DNA from: Candidatus Poribacteria bacterium
Lineage (GTDB): Bacteria > Poribacteria > WGA-4E > WGA-3G
DNA length: 64,000 bases
Direction: 5' to 3'
Assembly (NCBI GenBank): GCA_963667805.1
Contig: OY764016.1
Coordinates: forward strand, 4,458,998 to 4,522,997
The notes below the pieces were generated by a model. The model searched no databases and had not been told where the DNA came from. It saw nothing but the letters and a program-made list of their open reading frames with translations. Position numbers and translations under genes: made by a program. Positions 33,771-43,131 of the stretch are shown here, one piece after another (positions within the stretch are counted from its first letter, which is position 1; every line of letters starts with the position of its first letter).

Positions 33771-36700
33771 TCTGGGACCACTGTAATGCGCATGCTACCC
33801 GTTACAGCGGATTTTGTTGTATCGTACATCGCCTCGGCGGCAATGGGAGGTAAGGTAAATTCGCCTTGTGTGACGGCGCGTAGCGCGTAATAGAATTTAC
33901 GTTCGCGTTGGCGGGGAAACGTGCCGAAGAAGATTAGCCTGTCATCGCGAATATCAATATAATCCGGTTTGAAATCTTGTGTTTTCAACCATGAAATACC
34001 TGCTCGGGATTCTAATCTCGGATTCTCAATTTCGAATCCCGTAGGCAGCATATCTACGACGACAACATTTTCAAGGTTGGCGGTGAGAGCTTTAACGTTT
34101 ATCTCAGCGATGATGAGTTCTCCGTGTGCGAAGGGGCCTGTCCGTTCTTCACCGTCTTTGTTAAAATAGCGTCTGCGGACCTGTAATTCGTGCTCGTATT
34201 CTTCGATGAAGGAATCGCGTTGGATGCCAAACGCGCTCCAATAATAGTAGCAACTGCCCTCACCTTTAACAGAAAGTTGGACACGCATCCCATCCCATAT
34301 TTTATCGGTATAACGGGTCTCCGTTGCGTCGAAGTCGGCGAAATGTTCGCCATTAAGCGTTAGGGTACCCGTGTAATTTCTATCCATCTGTTTCTTCAGA
34401 ATCTTGCCGAGTGCCAGAAACGCAAAGGCGTTTTCTTGTGTTGTTGCCCATCGGTTCCCTTCAGCTGCTGCAGCACTTAGGTTTTGGACGAGCATTGGGA
34501 TTGACGGGTGGTTTTTGTTAACTTCAGCAAGAACGTCTAACATGATGGCTTGGGCTCGAATAGGGGAATCAAGCGTTCCGCCTGTCTCGCGATGTCCGTT
34601 GCCTTTATTAAAATTGGGTGATACTGACACGGGTAGCATTGACAGGGCGGTTTCCAGTTCGCCGCTGAGAGCGAACGCACCTGCGAGTTGGAAATGGCTA
34701 TAATCGCTGAGTCCGCTCAAACCTCTGTTTTTCAGATAGTGCATCGTGCCTCGGTCGGGATGTCCAGCAGCAGCTAAGACGTAAGCGGCATAGGTTGCTA
34801 ATGAAATCTTCTTTCTTATCTCTTGGGCTTCGTTTTCTGTGTTTGGCGAGAATTTCGCTTCCGTTCTTAGACCTTCCAGCATTGCGTCATAAACCCGGTC
34901 TGAGACCTCGTAGCCTGCCTTTCGTGCCTCGACGAGGAAGTGAGACGCATAGATACTGCTCCATGGGTTCACGTAAGTGCCGCCGGGCCAATAAGCGAAA
35001 CGATCGTCTGACTTCAACATACTTTCGATTTTTGTGATACCCGATGTGATGTAGTGATCCACCGAGTCTTCTGCTGCCAGCATCGGTTCAACACTTCGTG
35101 CCAAACCGCTGAAGTAAAGCAGCGGAAAAACCTTGCTCGTTGTTTGTTCGAGACAGCCGTGCGGGTAACGTATAAGGTAACGGAGACTGTCCGCAAACCT
35201 AATATTGGGGAACGGAGATAACGTGAGGCTAAACTCTGACGAATCGGGTATTAAATTTGACGGGAAAATAAAATCAGCAGGTTCACCTGCGCGGACCACG
35301 CCCTGTCCGGTTTGTGTAACAGGTGGAGCCACGGAACGCAGTGGGATTTTAACGTCTAATTGTGTTGTTTGTGTCTTACCGTGCGCCGAAAGATTGAAGT
35401 TGGCTTCCCCGATTGCGTCCTGAACGAGAAGATCGAAAAAAACTTGTGCTTCTGCGCCTGCGTCGACCTTCTGGTTTATACTGAGTTTGTCTGCTGTATA
35501 TTGGCTATCGGAAACCATCGGAGACTGTTGGTTTTCAGCAGAGCGGTGCTCTTGTTGATCACTGGCTATTGATGGATCGTTATTGGCAGCCATTGCTGAA
35601 AGGAGTTGCACGTCGCCTGATGCTTGCAATTCGACCGTAAATTCCTCTTCCGCGCCCGTGCCGTTAAAGAGGGTAACCGGGACCCGAACCTTATCACCAC
35701 CCGCAAGGAATCGTGGAAATGTCGGGGTTAAGACAATAGGTTCGCGGACAGTCAGATGTGCTTCTGTGCCACCGTAATCGCCACCCGCGAATGCGACTGC
35801 CATCAACCTGAGTGTCCCATTGAACTGCGGGATTTTGAATTGAACAGTACCGCGACCATTTCCATCGGTTTTCACGAATCCTGACCAGAGTGAAATCGGT
35901 TTTACGCGCCGGATGCTGCCTGTGCTCAATCGCTTCCGCAGTTCCGCCTGTCGTGTCGTGGCTGCATCTCCCCCCGTACTTGAGTTGTCGATAACATTTG
36001 CGATTTCGGGGAGGATCCCACTATACACGTCGAAGGAGCGCGTCTTAAGCCCACGCTGTCTATAGAAGTAAGCGTGTGGGTTGGGTGTTTTGAAATCGGT
36101 TAACACGAGGATCCCTTCATCAACGGCTGCAATACAGACATCATATTTTTGCCAAGAACGTCTACCGTGAACTTGGAACGCTATAGTCACCTCGCTATTC
36201 GGTAGGACTGTCGCTGCGCTTTCTATATTCTTTTCTGGACTGGCGAGTGGAATCTTCTCCATATCACCAGCATCGTTTCTCTGATTGAGCGACATTTCTA
36301 TCGAAAGTTGTCTCCGTGTTTCATCTATTTTGAGTGGAATTACCCCAAACGCGCGCGCCGGGAGCGGCGACTTCTTAGCAGTTGTAGGAGGGGTTTGTAA
36401 CCCCGATTCCATCGGGATGGCGCGCGTCAACGTCGCAGAGAGATACACATTCGGTCTATAGGCATAACGGATTGGGATTGATAAAGTTGTGGTGTTATTT
36501 TTCATCACGACTGTCCGGTAACTCAACACCTTTTCCCGTTCGATCGTCAGCAGGAGTGTGCCCGGAAACGGTGCCTTAACATATAGTTTTGCTGTTTGTC
36601 CGGGACGGTAAGCAGGCTTATTAAGCGTCAGTTCCAGTCGAGTGGGATGTTCCATAGAAACTGGAATGTTTCCCCATCCGCTGACATAAAATCCGAGTTC

Positions 36701-39466
36701 TGCTGTCGCTGTCGAGGCGATGTCCTCAAGACGGACGCGGTATTCACCATAATCTGAGGGCGTTAAGGTCACTGTCTGGACTGTTTCTGCTGAAGTTAGT
36801 GTGACCGTTTCCACTTCTGTTGTTTGAGGTTCCGAGACGTACGCATAGCGCCCGGCACCGTTCTGACGGAGTATCGTGTTCCAGTGGACTTTGTGGAGAC
36901 TGAGTTTGAGGTCTCTTCCGGGGGCAACTGCCATTGTATCGTTAACAGCAATGTAATCGAATCGGAGCGGTTGGTTGATTTTTACATCCCCGGTCTTTGT
37001 GCGTCGGAGTCCAACGTAATGCGAATAGGGATGGATCACAACGCTGTGAGAAGCGGTGACGGCTCTGCCGCCGACTTCGCTAACGGTCGCTGTCAGCGTG
37101 CCGTTTAGCAGAGAAGGTGCTTTCAGCGTTTCAGGGATCGTGAATTGATAGGACGCTTTACCCGCTGCATCGGTTTTAACTTCTCCCAATCCAATTCTTT
37201 GTTTTTCAAAATTGGAACGCGCATTCCCGAAGACAAACGAGTTCCACTGTGTTGCACTTGCGTTGGCTGCTGAATTTACAAACGAGACTGCTTCCAATTC
37301 GCAGGAAGCTTCCACCGTGCGCCCTACTGCTGGGGGACCGAATAGATTGATAGCGGACACTTCAATACCGAGTTCCTCTCCAAGTTTATAAGTGGATTTA
37401 TCCGCTGTTACAGCGACTTTTATCCGATCAGGCATAAATTCTTCGACCTGAAATTGGACTCTTCCAACGACCCGATCAGCGATCCGCATCTTGGCAATAT
37501 AATTACCAGTCAAGGCGTAGGTAGGGATAGGAATTTCTACATCGCAGGCACCGCTTTTGTTTGTTTGTAGTCTTAACTCCCGCATAATTCTGCCGTTTGG
37601 GGAGAGCACTTCAATCTTGGCAGGGAGCGGTTGTGGTGTTACCTGCTTTGGTCCTCGAACAATTCCAGCAAGTTGGACGGTTTCACCCGGACGATAGACC
37701 CCTCTGCTTGTGTAGAGGAACGCTTCATAACCTTTTTGCAGGTAGGCAGAACCGGCAATGTTGAAATCTGCTGTTGCGATTTCGTGTCGGTCGAGTTGAA
37801 CGAAAGCGAGATCGTCCCGTTTCGCGGCGGTGATCATAAACGGTGTGAAGTCTTCAGTCTTCTCCACAACGTCTGTGAACTGGATGTATCCTGCCCAGTT
37901 GGTTGTCCCATCGAGGAGTGTTTGGTTATTATCGCTGATGAGTTTAACGCGCGCCGCTGGGACTGCCGAACCCGTCGCGAGTGATTTCACCCAAACGTAT
38001 AGGTTATCTCCTAAGCGTTTGGCAGTGATACCCAAGTCTGTGATGAGCACCCATTGATGCGCACTATCCCACTCCCGCTCTGCGTTTCGCGCCACGACCT
38101 TAAAGATGCCGACATGTTCGTCTGAGAGATATTCTTCCAAGGAGATAGGTGTTGTTACCTCTTCGTTCAATTGGGACGGAATATCGAGTTCTTCTGTCCG
38201 AATCGGTTTACCTAAGTTTCTGCTCCAGCGACTCCATCGTTCTAATTTTGATATGTAGATAAGGTTGTTCGCGAAAACTTTTTCGATATTGAGTTTCACG
38301 CTTTTAACATTGATTGTTGCGAGACCTAAATTCAGATGCCCCTTTCTCGCGAGGAAGAAACCGTCGCCAAGGAATCGAAGTTGGGGTCGGATATCTGGGA
38401 TTCTGAGGCGCGTCCTGTAATCTTGTTTTAAAACGGCATCGTTTCGGGCTGTGAGACCGCGTCGGATCTTTAGCGTGTAGGTCGTGCGCCGTTTGAAGTT
38501 GCCGTGAATCTGCACGTTTCGATAGTCGGATGTCACTTGATGTGCTACTGCGGGGGTCAGTTCTATATACGGCTTGATGGCATCGCTGAGTACCGGCGCG
38601 CTGAAGCTCACCGAGATATACGGCGTTCCATCACTTTCCCAAACGTCAGCGTATGTCACACCGAGTGTGCCTCTCCCGCGGAGTATGACCGGTGTAACAC
38701 TCGCTTTTTCTAAACCAATTTTCCCACCCGTACATTTGAACCCTTTTTCAATCTTAATCTTTATCTCTTGATCTGCGTTGCCGCGTTTTATACGCTGCGT
38801 CTCGAATGTTACTGTCCGCGCTGTTGCTGTGTTGGTTTGAATCTGGTATGGAATTTCTGTTTCGTCGTCCAGTTCAATAGAGAGGTGTGCCTTTAAATCG
38901 ACAATGGTTACAGGATAATTAAATGCTATCGTCCCAAAACCTGTTGCGTGTTCGCGGGCATCATTGGCGGTAAATTCCATACGTGCCTGCTGCACTGCAA
39001 AAGGATCCGTAGCAAATTTAAACTCTTTTTGTCCAGTGAGTAGAAATGTCTCAGATGGGTTGAGTTCTGGGGTGAGTTGAACAGTATATTGTGCGGAGGG
39101 TGCTAAGGGTGCGTCTAAAAAGAAACCGACTCTGTCCCGCGCGATCCAACGGGCAGCGCCTTGGACAGCTGGTGTGAACCGAAGTGCCTCTGCTGGAACT
39201 TCGGTCCCGACACGCGACTTATCAATAACCGCTTCCGAGAACGTAATCGACAAATCAACCCATTGTGGAACCTCACCTTGTGGGCTGAAGGTCTTGACAC
39301 TGTATCGTGTCCGAGCACGCATGGGCCCCTGTACAATATAGACGATACAGGCAGCAAGGAGTAAGGACATGAGTCCGATCACACCGATTAAGCTTTTTAA
39401 GAGCAAATTTCGACTTCCGGGTTTCGCCGAAAGATTTGTGGAGAGTTTGGCTGCCATCAGACGCAC
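33767..39466 (-). CDS. bacterial alpha-2-macroglobulin family protein with intact thioester motif (YfhM-like)
   Basis: 1899 aa, N-terminal membrane anchor, MG-domain repeats. The thioester CLEQ lies in YLIRYPHGCLEQTTSKVF. It is cotranscribed with pbpC as in the classic yfhM-pbpC pair. Confidence 0.85.
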   Translation of the reverse strand: MRLMAAKLSTNLSAKPGSRNLLLKSLIGVIGLMSLLLAACIVYIVQGPMRARTRYSVKTFSPQGEVPQWVDLSITFSEAVIDKSRVGTEVPAEALRFTPAVQGAARWIARDRVGFFLDAPLAPSAQYTVQLTPELNPSETFLLTGQKEFKFATDPFAVQQARMEFTANDAREHATGFGTIAFNYPVTIVDLKAHLSIELDDETEIPYQIQTNTATARTVTFETQRIKRGNADQEIKIKIEKGFKCTGGKIGLEKASVTPVILRGRGTLGVTYADVWESDGTPYISVSFSAPVLSDAIKPYIELTPAVAHQVTSDYRNVQIHGNFKRRTTYTLKIRRGLTARNDAVLKQDYRTRLRIPDIRPQLRFLGDGFFLARKGHLNLGLATINVKSVKLNIEKVFANNLIYISKLERWSRWSRNLGKPIRTEELDIPSQLNEEVTTPISLEEYLSDEHVGIFKVVARNAEREWDSAHQWVLITDLGITAKRLGDNLYVWVKSLATGSAVPAARVKLISDNNQTLLDGTTNWAGYIQFTDVVEKTEDFTPFMITAAKRDDLAFVQLDRHEIATADFNIAGSAYLQKGYEAFLYTSRGVYRPGETVQLAGIVRGPKQVTPQPLPAKIEVLSPNGRIMRELRLQTNKSGACDVEIPIPTYALTGNYIAKMRIADRVVGRVQFQVEEFMPDRIKVAVTADKSTYKLGEELGIEVSAINLFGPPAVGRTVEASCELEAVSFVNSAANASATQWNSFVFGNARSNFEKQRIGLGEVKTDAAGKASYQFTIPETLKAPSLLNGTLTATVSEVGGRAVTASHSVVIHPYSHYVGLRRTKTGDVKINQPLRFDYIAVNDTMAVAPGRDLKLSLHKVHWNTILRQNGAGRYAYVSEPQTTEVETVTLTSAETVQTVTLTPSDYGEYRVRLEDIASTATAELGFYVSGWGNIPVSMEHPTRLELTLNKPAYRPGQTAKLYVKAPFPGTLLLTIEREKVLSYRTVVMKNNTTTLSIPIRYAYRPNVYLSATLTRAIPMESGLQTPPTTAKKSPLPARAFGVIPLKIDETRRQLSIEMSLNQRNDAGDMEKIPLASPEKNIESAATVLPNSEVTIAFQVHGRRSWQKYDVCIAAVDEGILVLTDFKTPNPHAYFYRQRGLKTRSFDVYSGILPEIANVIDNSSTGGDAATTRQAELRKRLSTGSIRRVKPISLWSGFVKTDGNGRGTVQFKIPQFNGTLRLMAVAFAGGDYGGTEAHLTVREPIVLTPTFPRFLAGGDKVRVPVTLFNGTGAEEEFTVELQASGDVQLLSAMAANNDPSIASDQQEHRSAENQQSPMVSDSQYTADKLSINQKVDAGAEAQVFFDLLVQDAIGEANFNLSAHGKTQTTQLDVKIPLRSVAPPVTQTGQGVVRAGEPADFIFPSNLIPDSSEFSLTLSPFPNIRFADSLRYLIRYPHGCLEQTTSKVFPLLYFSGLARSVEPMLAAEDSVDHYITSGITKIESMLKSDDRFAYWPGGTYVNPWSSIYASHFLVEARKAGYEVSDRVYDAMLEGLRTEAKFSPNTENEAQEIRKKISLATYAAYVLAAAGHPDRGTMHYLKNRGLSGLSDYSHFQLAGAFALSGELETALSMLPVSVSPNFNKGNGHRETGGTLDSPIRAQAIMLDVLAEVNKNHPSIPMLVQNLSAAAAEGNRWATTQENAFAFLALGKILKKQMDRNYTGTLTLNGEHFADFDATETRYTDKIWDGMRVQLSVKGEGSCYYYWSAFGIQRDSFIEEYEHELQVRRRYFNKDGEERTGPFAHGELIIAEINVKALTANLENVVVVDMLPTGFEIENPRLESRAGISWLKTQDFKPDYIDIRDDRLIFFGTFPRQRERKFYYALRAVTQGEFTLPPIAAEAMYDTTKSAVTGSMRITVVPE
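36384..36411. repeat. REP family-B copy embedded in frame inside the A2M gene (encodes ESGLQTPPT)
   Basis: gtaggaggggtttgtaaccccgattcc. The protein reads ...IPMESGLQTPPTTAKK.... Confidence 0.55.
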
Positions 39467-39620
39467 CTCCTGTGCTTCTGAAGATTCTGTATTTAACTAA
39501 CACGCATAATAGGGCAAAAGAGACTTAAGTTCCAAGGATTTTATAAGAGCAATTTTTATGCCAACTGTCTATTGTTATTATCTTAAACGTTTAAGGTGTA
39601 GTGGTCAAGTTTGACGGTCC

Positions 39621-39650
39621 CTGAAAAGGGTGAAAAGGGTGAAAAGGGTG
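39621..39650. repeat. (GAAAAGGGT)x3 tandem nonamer
   Basis: ctgaaaagggtgaaaagggtgaaaagggtg in the 3' region of the cytochrome-porin gene. Nearby hairpins gggacggatgtggagatccgtccc and cggcacctgggtgccg are terminator candidates. Confidence 0.5.
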
Positions 39651-39763
39651 TCTTTAAGTGACGTTATGTGTAAATATAAACACATTAGGGACGGATGTGG
39701 AGATCCGTCCCTATGTAAAGCAGTTTAAATGGAATCGGCACCTGGGTGCCGATGCAAAAGTCT

Positions 39764-40999
39764 TTAGAACCAGAATCGTGACATCAAAATAATCTGGTCT
39801 GTCCCCTGAAGTTGGCGGAGTGTGCCTTTGTCTTTAATAGCGTCATCGGCATTGCGGTCAGCATTGGCGAGGTTCGCCCAGTAAAAGAGAGAAATTGCCC
39901 CGTTTTCGATAAAATTGTACTGGGCACTGAGTGTAACCCGTTGGCTTGCATCTCCCTTAACCGTTCGATCTGGGTCAAACAAACCGTATCGACCCGCGAC
40001 GGTGAATTGGGGAAGAATGCGATATTTTGCCCCAACGTAATACCCCTTTGAATCAACAGCATCCGGTGTGAAAGCGGCGACCTCTCCGCTATTTCCAAAA
40101 TTGAATTCACCCTCAATACTCACCCCTGCGTAGGAAGCGGTGAGAAATGCACCGATGAGTCGTTCCCAGTCTTCGGTTGATTTTTCAAGGATTGCGGACG
40201 CCCCTGCTCGAATCGGTCCGAGTTGTGCACCAAAGGTCCCGAGTCCACCTTTCGCTGCGCTGGTGTTGGCATTAAAAAAAGCTGCGTTATAGAAAATCTT
40301 CCCCGCACTTCCACCGATTTCAACCCCGACATCCCGTTTATTAGAACCGAGTCCATACCCTTCCCGAACAAGAATGTTATGATCTTTCTGTTTGATAGCG
40401 AAGGGCAGTCGAAATTGTCCGACTTTGACATAGAGATGCTTTGGAATCGCGTCTACCGTTGCAAACGCATTCATCGTTGTCCCAGCGTTGTTGGAAAGGG
40501 TAAGCCGGACGTGTTCAGAGGCTTCTGCGTTGAACGTTACTTCCGCTTGCATGAGCAGAAATCTGTCGACGGAAGAGTGGCATGAATTACATCCAGCGAT
40601 CGCATTCTCGGCTTCGTCGACATGTGTTGTTTTGATAAAAGCCGTCTGGAAATCCAGGGAGGTTGTGAGTCGCTTAACGACCTCCTTGACTTCTTCCGTC
40701 ACGGCTTCCGCGTCGAAATCTTCGGGGAATTCGAAATAGTTCTCTTCAAAAATTTCGCCGACCCGATTTCGGGGTCCACCGCCAGCCGGGTCAAGATGAC
40801 AGAAGCTGCACTCTTTATCAAGTTCGGTTGCAAACTCAGGTCGTGCCTCTACAGTGGTCGGGAAAAAAAGACTGAGCGAGACACTCGCTATAAACGCGAG
40901 CCATAAAAACAGTGATATACCTCTGGATATATCCGACGATTTTGGGAGTAGAGTGATATTACTCAGGTATCTCGTCCAGTCGTTAGCGTATGAATTCAA
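39764..40999 (-). CDS. putative outer-membrane cytochrome c-porin fusion (Cyc2-like), two CXXCH motifs plus beta-barrel
   Basis: Signal peptide ...GISLFLWLAFIASVSLSLFFPTTVEA. CSFCH sits 12 residues into the mature protein and a second GCNSCH lies about 70 residues later. The C-terminal 270 aa show alternating-hydrophobic beta strands and end in ...LMSRFWF (terminal Phe, an OMP signature). TTG start. Confidence 0.45.
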   Translation of the reverse strand: MNSYANDWTRYLSNITLLPKSSDISRGISLFLWLAFIASVSLSLFFPTTVEARPEFATELDKECSFCHLDPAGGGPRNRVGEIFEENYFEFPEDFDAEAVTEEVKEVVKRLTTSLDFQTAFIKTTHVDEAENAIAGCNSCHSSVDRFLLMQAEVTFNAEASEHVRLTLSNNAGTTMNAFATVDAIPKHLYVKVGQFRLPFAIKQKDHNILVREGYGLGSNKRDVGVEIGGSAGKIFYNAAFFNANTSAAKGGLGTFGAQLGPIRAGASAILEKSTEDWERLIGAFLTASYAGVSIEGEFNFGNSGEVAAFTPDAVDSKGYYVGAKYRILPQFTVAGRYGLFDPDRTVKGDASQRVTLSAQYNFIENGAISLFYWANLANADRNADDAIKDKGTLRQLQGTDQIILMSRFWF

Positions 41000-41016
41000 A
41001 AGATGCTCCTTATCTT

Positions 41017-41577
41017 TTAATCAAGTTCCGTAAAAACGTAATCAATATCTTCGACTCGGGCATGACATCCCCAGCAGATCCGGTCTTGTGCTATGACGCT
41101 GAATTCAGCATCTGGCGCGTTTCGGACATATTCAATAAACTGCCAATCGTTGTGATCGGGGTCGGTGCCTGCTTTTTTCCGCATAATCGCGATAAGCCCG
41201 ATATAATCCTTACCCGGACGAATCGCATCTTTTACGACGATACTTCCATCCGGATATGGGAACTGCTGGGTCCCGTTCGGTGCGATGGTGTCCCGTGTTT
41301 GATTGACGTAAACGTTTTTTGTCCCGTTGTGTGGGTCGCCACCGGGCGCAGGTGGGATAGGTTCTGCGTTTAATTTGAGCCATTGTGTGTAACCTGCCAC
41401 ATCATCGGGTAAGCCGGGGAGTGCGACTACCGGTTCTGTAGGTTGAACGGGTTCTTCTATGGTCATGGTTTCTTCTTCAGATTTTTCAATGATTTCTTCC
41501 AATTGTTCGCTGGCACAGGCAGTGAAAAGCAGCGCTATTGCCAGGATAGCCAGCAAGTTTCGTGTGTACGTTTTCAT
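41017..41577 (-). CDS. cytochrome P460-like haem lipoprotein
   Basis: Lipobox LLFTAC. Single CWGCH near the C-terminus followed by DIDYVF. Size of about 170 aa mature. The AIMRKK...DWQFIEYV context resembles the P460/cytochrome c'-beta fold family. It lies 17 bp upstream of the cytochrome-porin gene on the same strand. Confidence 0.5.
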   Translation of the reverse strand: MKTYTRNLLAILAIALLFTACASEQLEEIIEKSEEETMTIEEPVQPTEPVVALPGLPDDVAGYTQWLKLNAEPIPPAPGGDPHNGTKNVYVNQTRDTIAPNGTQQFPYPDGSIVVKDAIRPGKDYIGLIAIMRKKAGTDPDHNDWQFIEYVRNAPDAEFSVIAQDRICWGCHARVEDIDYVFTELD

Positions 41578-41723
41578 GATAAATACCTCATTTTATAAAG
41601 AATAGATGCGTTTTTATTTTTCTGGTGAGATTTCTTGGGAAACATCCCAGCAAAACACTTCATCCTTTTCCAATCTAATTTTACAAAATAATATTTTACT
41701 GGTTCAATATGTAATGTAAAGGA

Positions 41724-41748
41724 AAATTGTATCTTAATGATACAATTT
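41724..41748. promoter_or_regulatory. perfect 10-5-10 palindrome AAATTGTATC-TTAAT-GATACAATTT, operator candidate about 150 bp upstream of the P460 gene
   Basis: Seen directly in the sequence, in an AT-rich 470-bp divergent intergenic region between the P460 operon and ftsY. Confidence 0.3.
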
Positions 41749-42047
41749 AGTATACAACAAAATAGTGAAGGTTTCAAGGGAATCTACATGCCTCTATTAT
41801 CACAGATCCCTTATATTGAAGCAGATGTTGTGAAGAAACTAAATTTGTGAGATTTTTTGAAGTCTTTGGGGTTGCGAATCGTTTCCAAGAGGTGTGATTC
41901 TAATGTATACCATTTATTTCCGTCATTATGGTTATCTATACCATTTTCGTTTGCCTTTTTGCTTGTTATTGTTGTATTATATGACAGGAATAGGCAAGGT
42001 TTCTGCTGAAAGTTAAAGACAGAAAATAAGGAAAAAAAGGAAAGATA

Positions 42048-43058
42048 ATGCTCAGAAATTTATTCAAAGGTGGTGATAAAAGCCACGATGAATCCGAGGG
42101 TGTAGATGAACAGAGGAGTTGGTTTGATCGGCTCAAGTCCGGTTTGACGAAAACCCGGGACCAGTTCCTATCCCAATTATCGGGACTCCTACGGGTTGGA
42201 AGAAGAATCGACGAGGATTTGATGGAAGAAATCGAGGAGATTTTGATCCAGTCAGATGTGGGGGTTGATACAACCCTGACCCTAATGGATAACGTTAGGG
42301 AGCGGGTGAAGTCGGAAGGCTTAAGCGATTCTTCAGAGTTGGCATCCGTCCTAAAATCGGAAATTCTCAATTTGCTTGGAGCGGATGTGCCGTTGCAAAT
42401 TAAAGATGAAAAGCCGTATACGATTTTAGTGTTGGGTGTGAATGGTGCGGGCAAAACGACAACTATCGGCAAGCTCGCCAGTCGCTTTATCGCGGACGGA
42501 CACCGCGTGCTTGTTGCCGCGGGGGATACGTTCCGTGCAGCAGCCGAGGATCAGCTCGGTATTTGGTGTGAACGTGCTGGAGCAGAACTCATCCGGGGCG
42601 GCGAAAATGCTGAACCCGCCTCTGTCGTCTTCGATGCGATTCACGCCGCGAAACATCGCGATGCCGATGTACTCATCGTAGACACTGCCGGTAGACTGCA
42701 TACCAAAAAACCGCTGATGGATGAATTGTCGAAGATTGGACGTGTGATGGGACGCGCGCATACCGGGGCACCCCATGAGGTACTCTTGGTCGTTGATGGG
42801 ACGGTTGGTCAAAATGCGCTGATGCAGGCGAAGATTTTCAATGATGCAGTGCCGATTACAGGGGTAGTCGTTACAAAGCTTGATGGCACTGCCAAAGGAG
42901 GGATTGTCATCGCCGTGAATGCGGAAATCGGCGCGCCCGTCAAACTCATCGGCATTGGTGAGAAGCTCGACGATTTGCGAGATTTCGCGGGGGCGGATTT
43001 CGTTGAAGCCCTCTTTGCAGAGGAAACAGCAGGCACAACGGAAAGTTTGCAAGTGTAA
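42048..43058 (+). CDS. ftsY: signal recognition particle receptor FtsY
   Basis: NG domain with GVNGAGKTTTIGKLA, DTAGRLH and TKLDGTAKGG motifs. A short acidic N-terminal region is present. Confidence 0.85.
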   Translation: MLRNLFKGGDKSHDESEGVDEQRSWFDRLKSGLTKTRDQFLSQLSGLLRVGRRIDEDLMEEIEEILIQSDVGVDTTLTLMDNVRERVKSEGLSDSSELASVLKSEILNLLGADVPLQIKDEKPYTILVLGVNGAGKTTTIGKLASRFIADGHRVLVAAGDTFRAAAEDQLGIWCERAGAELIRGGENAEPASVVFDAIHAAKHRDADVLIVDTAGRLHTKKPLMDELSKIGRVMGRAHTGAPHEVLLVVDGTVGQNALMQAKIFNDAVPITGVVVTKLDGTAKGGIVIAVNAEIGAPVKLIGIGEKLDDLRDFAGADFVEALFAEETAGTTESLQV

Positions 43059-43131
43059 CTAAAATTGCGAAGTCCGTAAAGTTGCTAAGAACTTCCTAAC
43101 TTTACGGACTTTAGAACACTTTCTAACTGTC

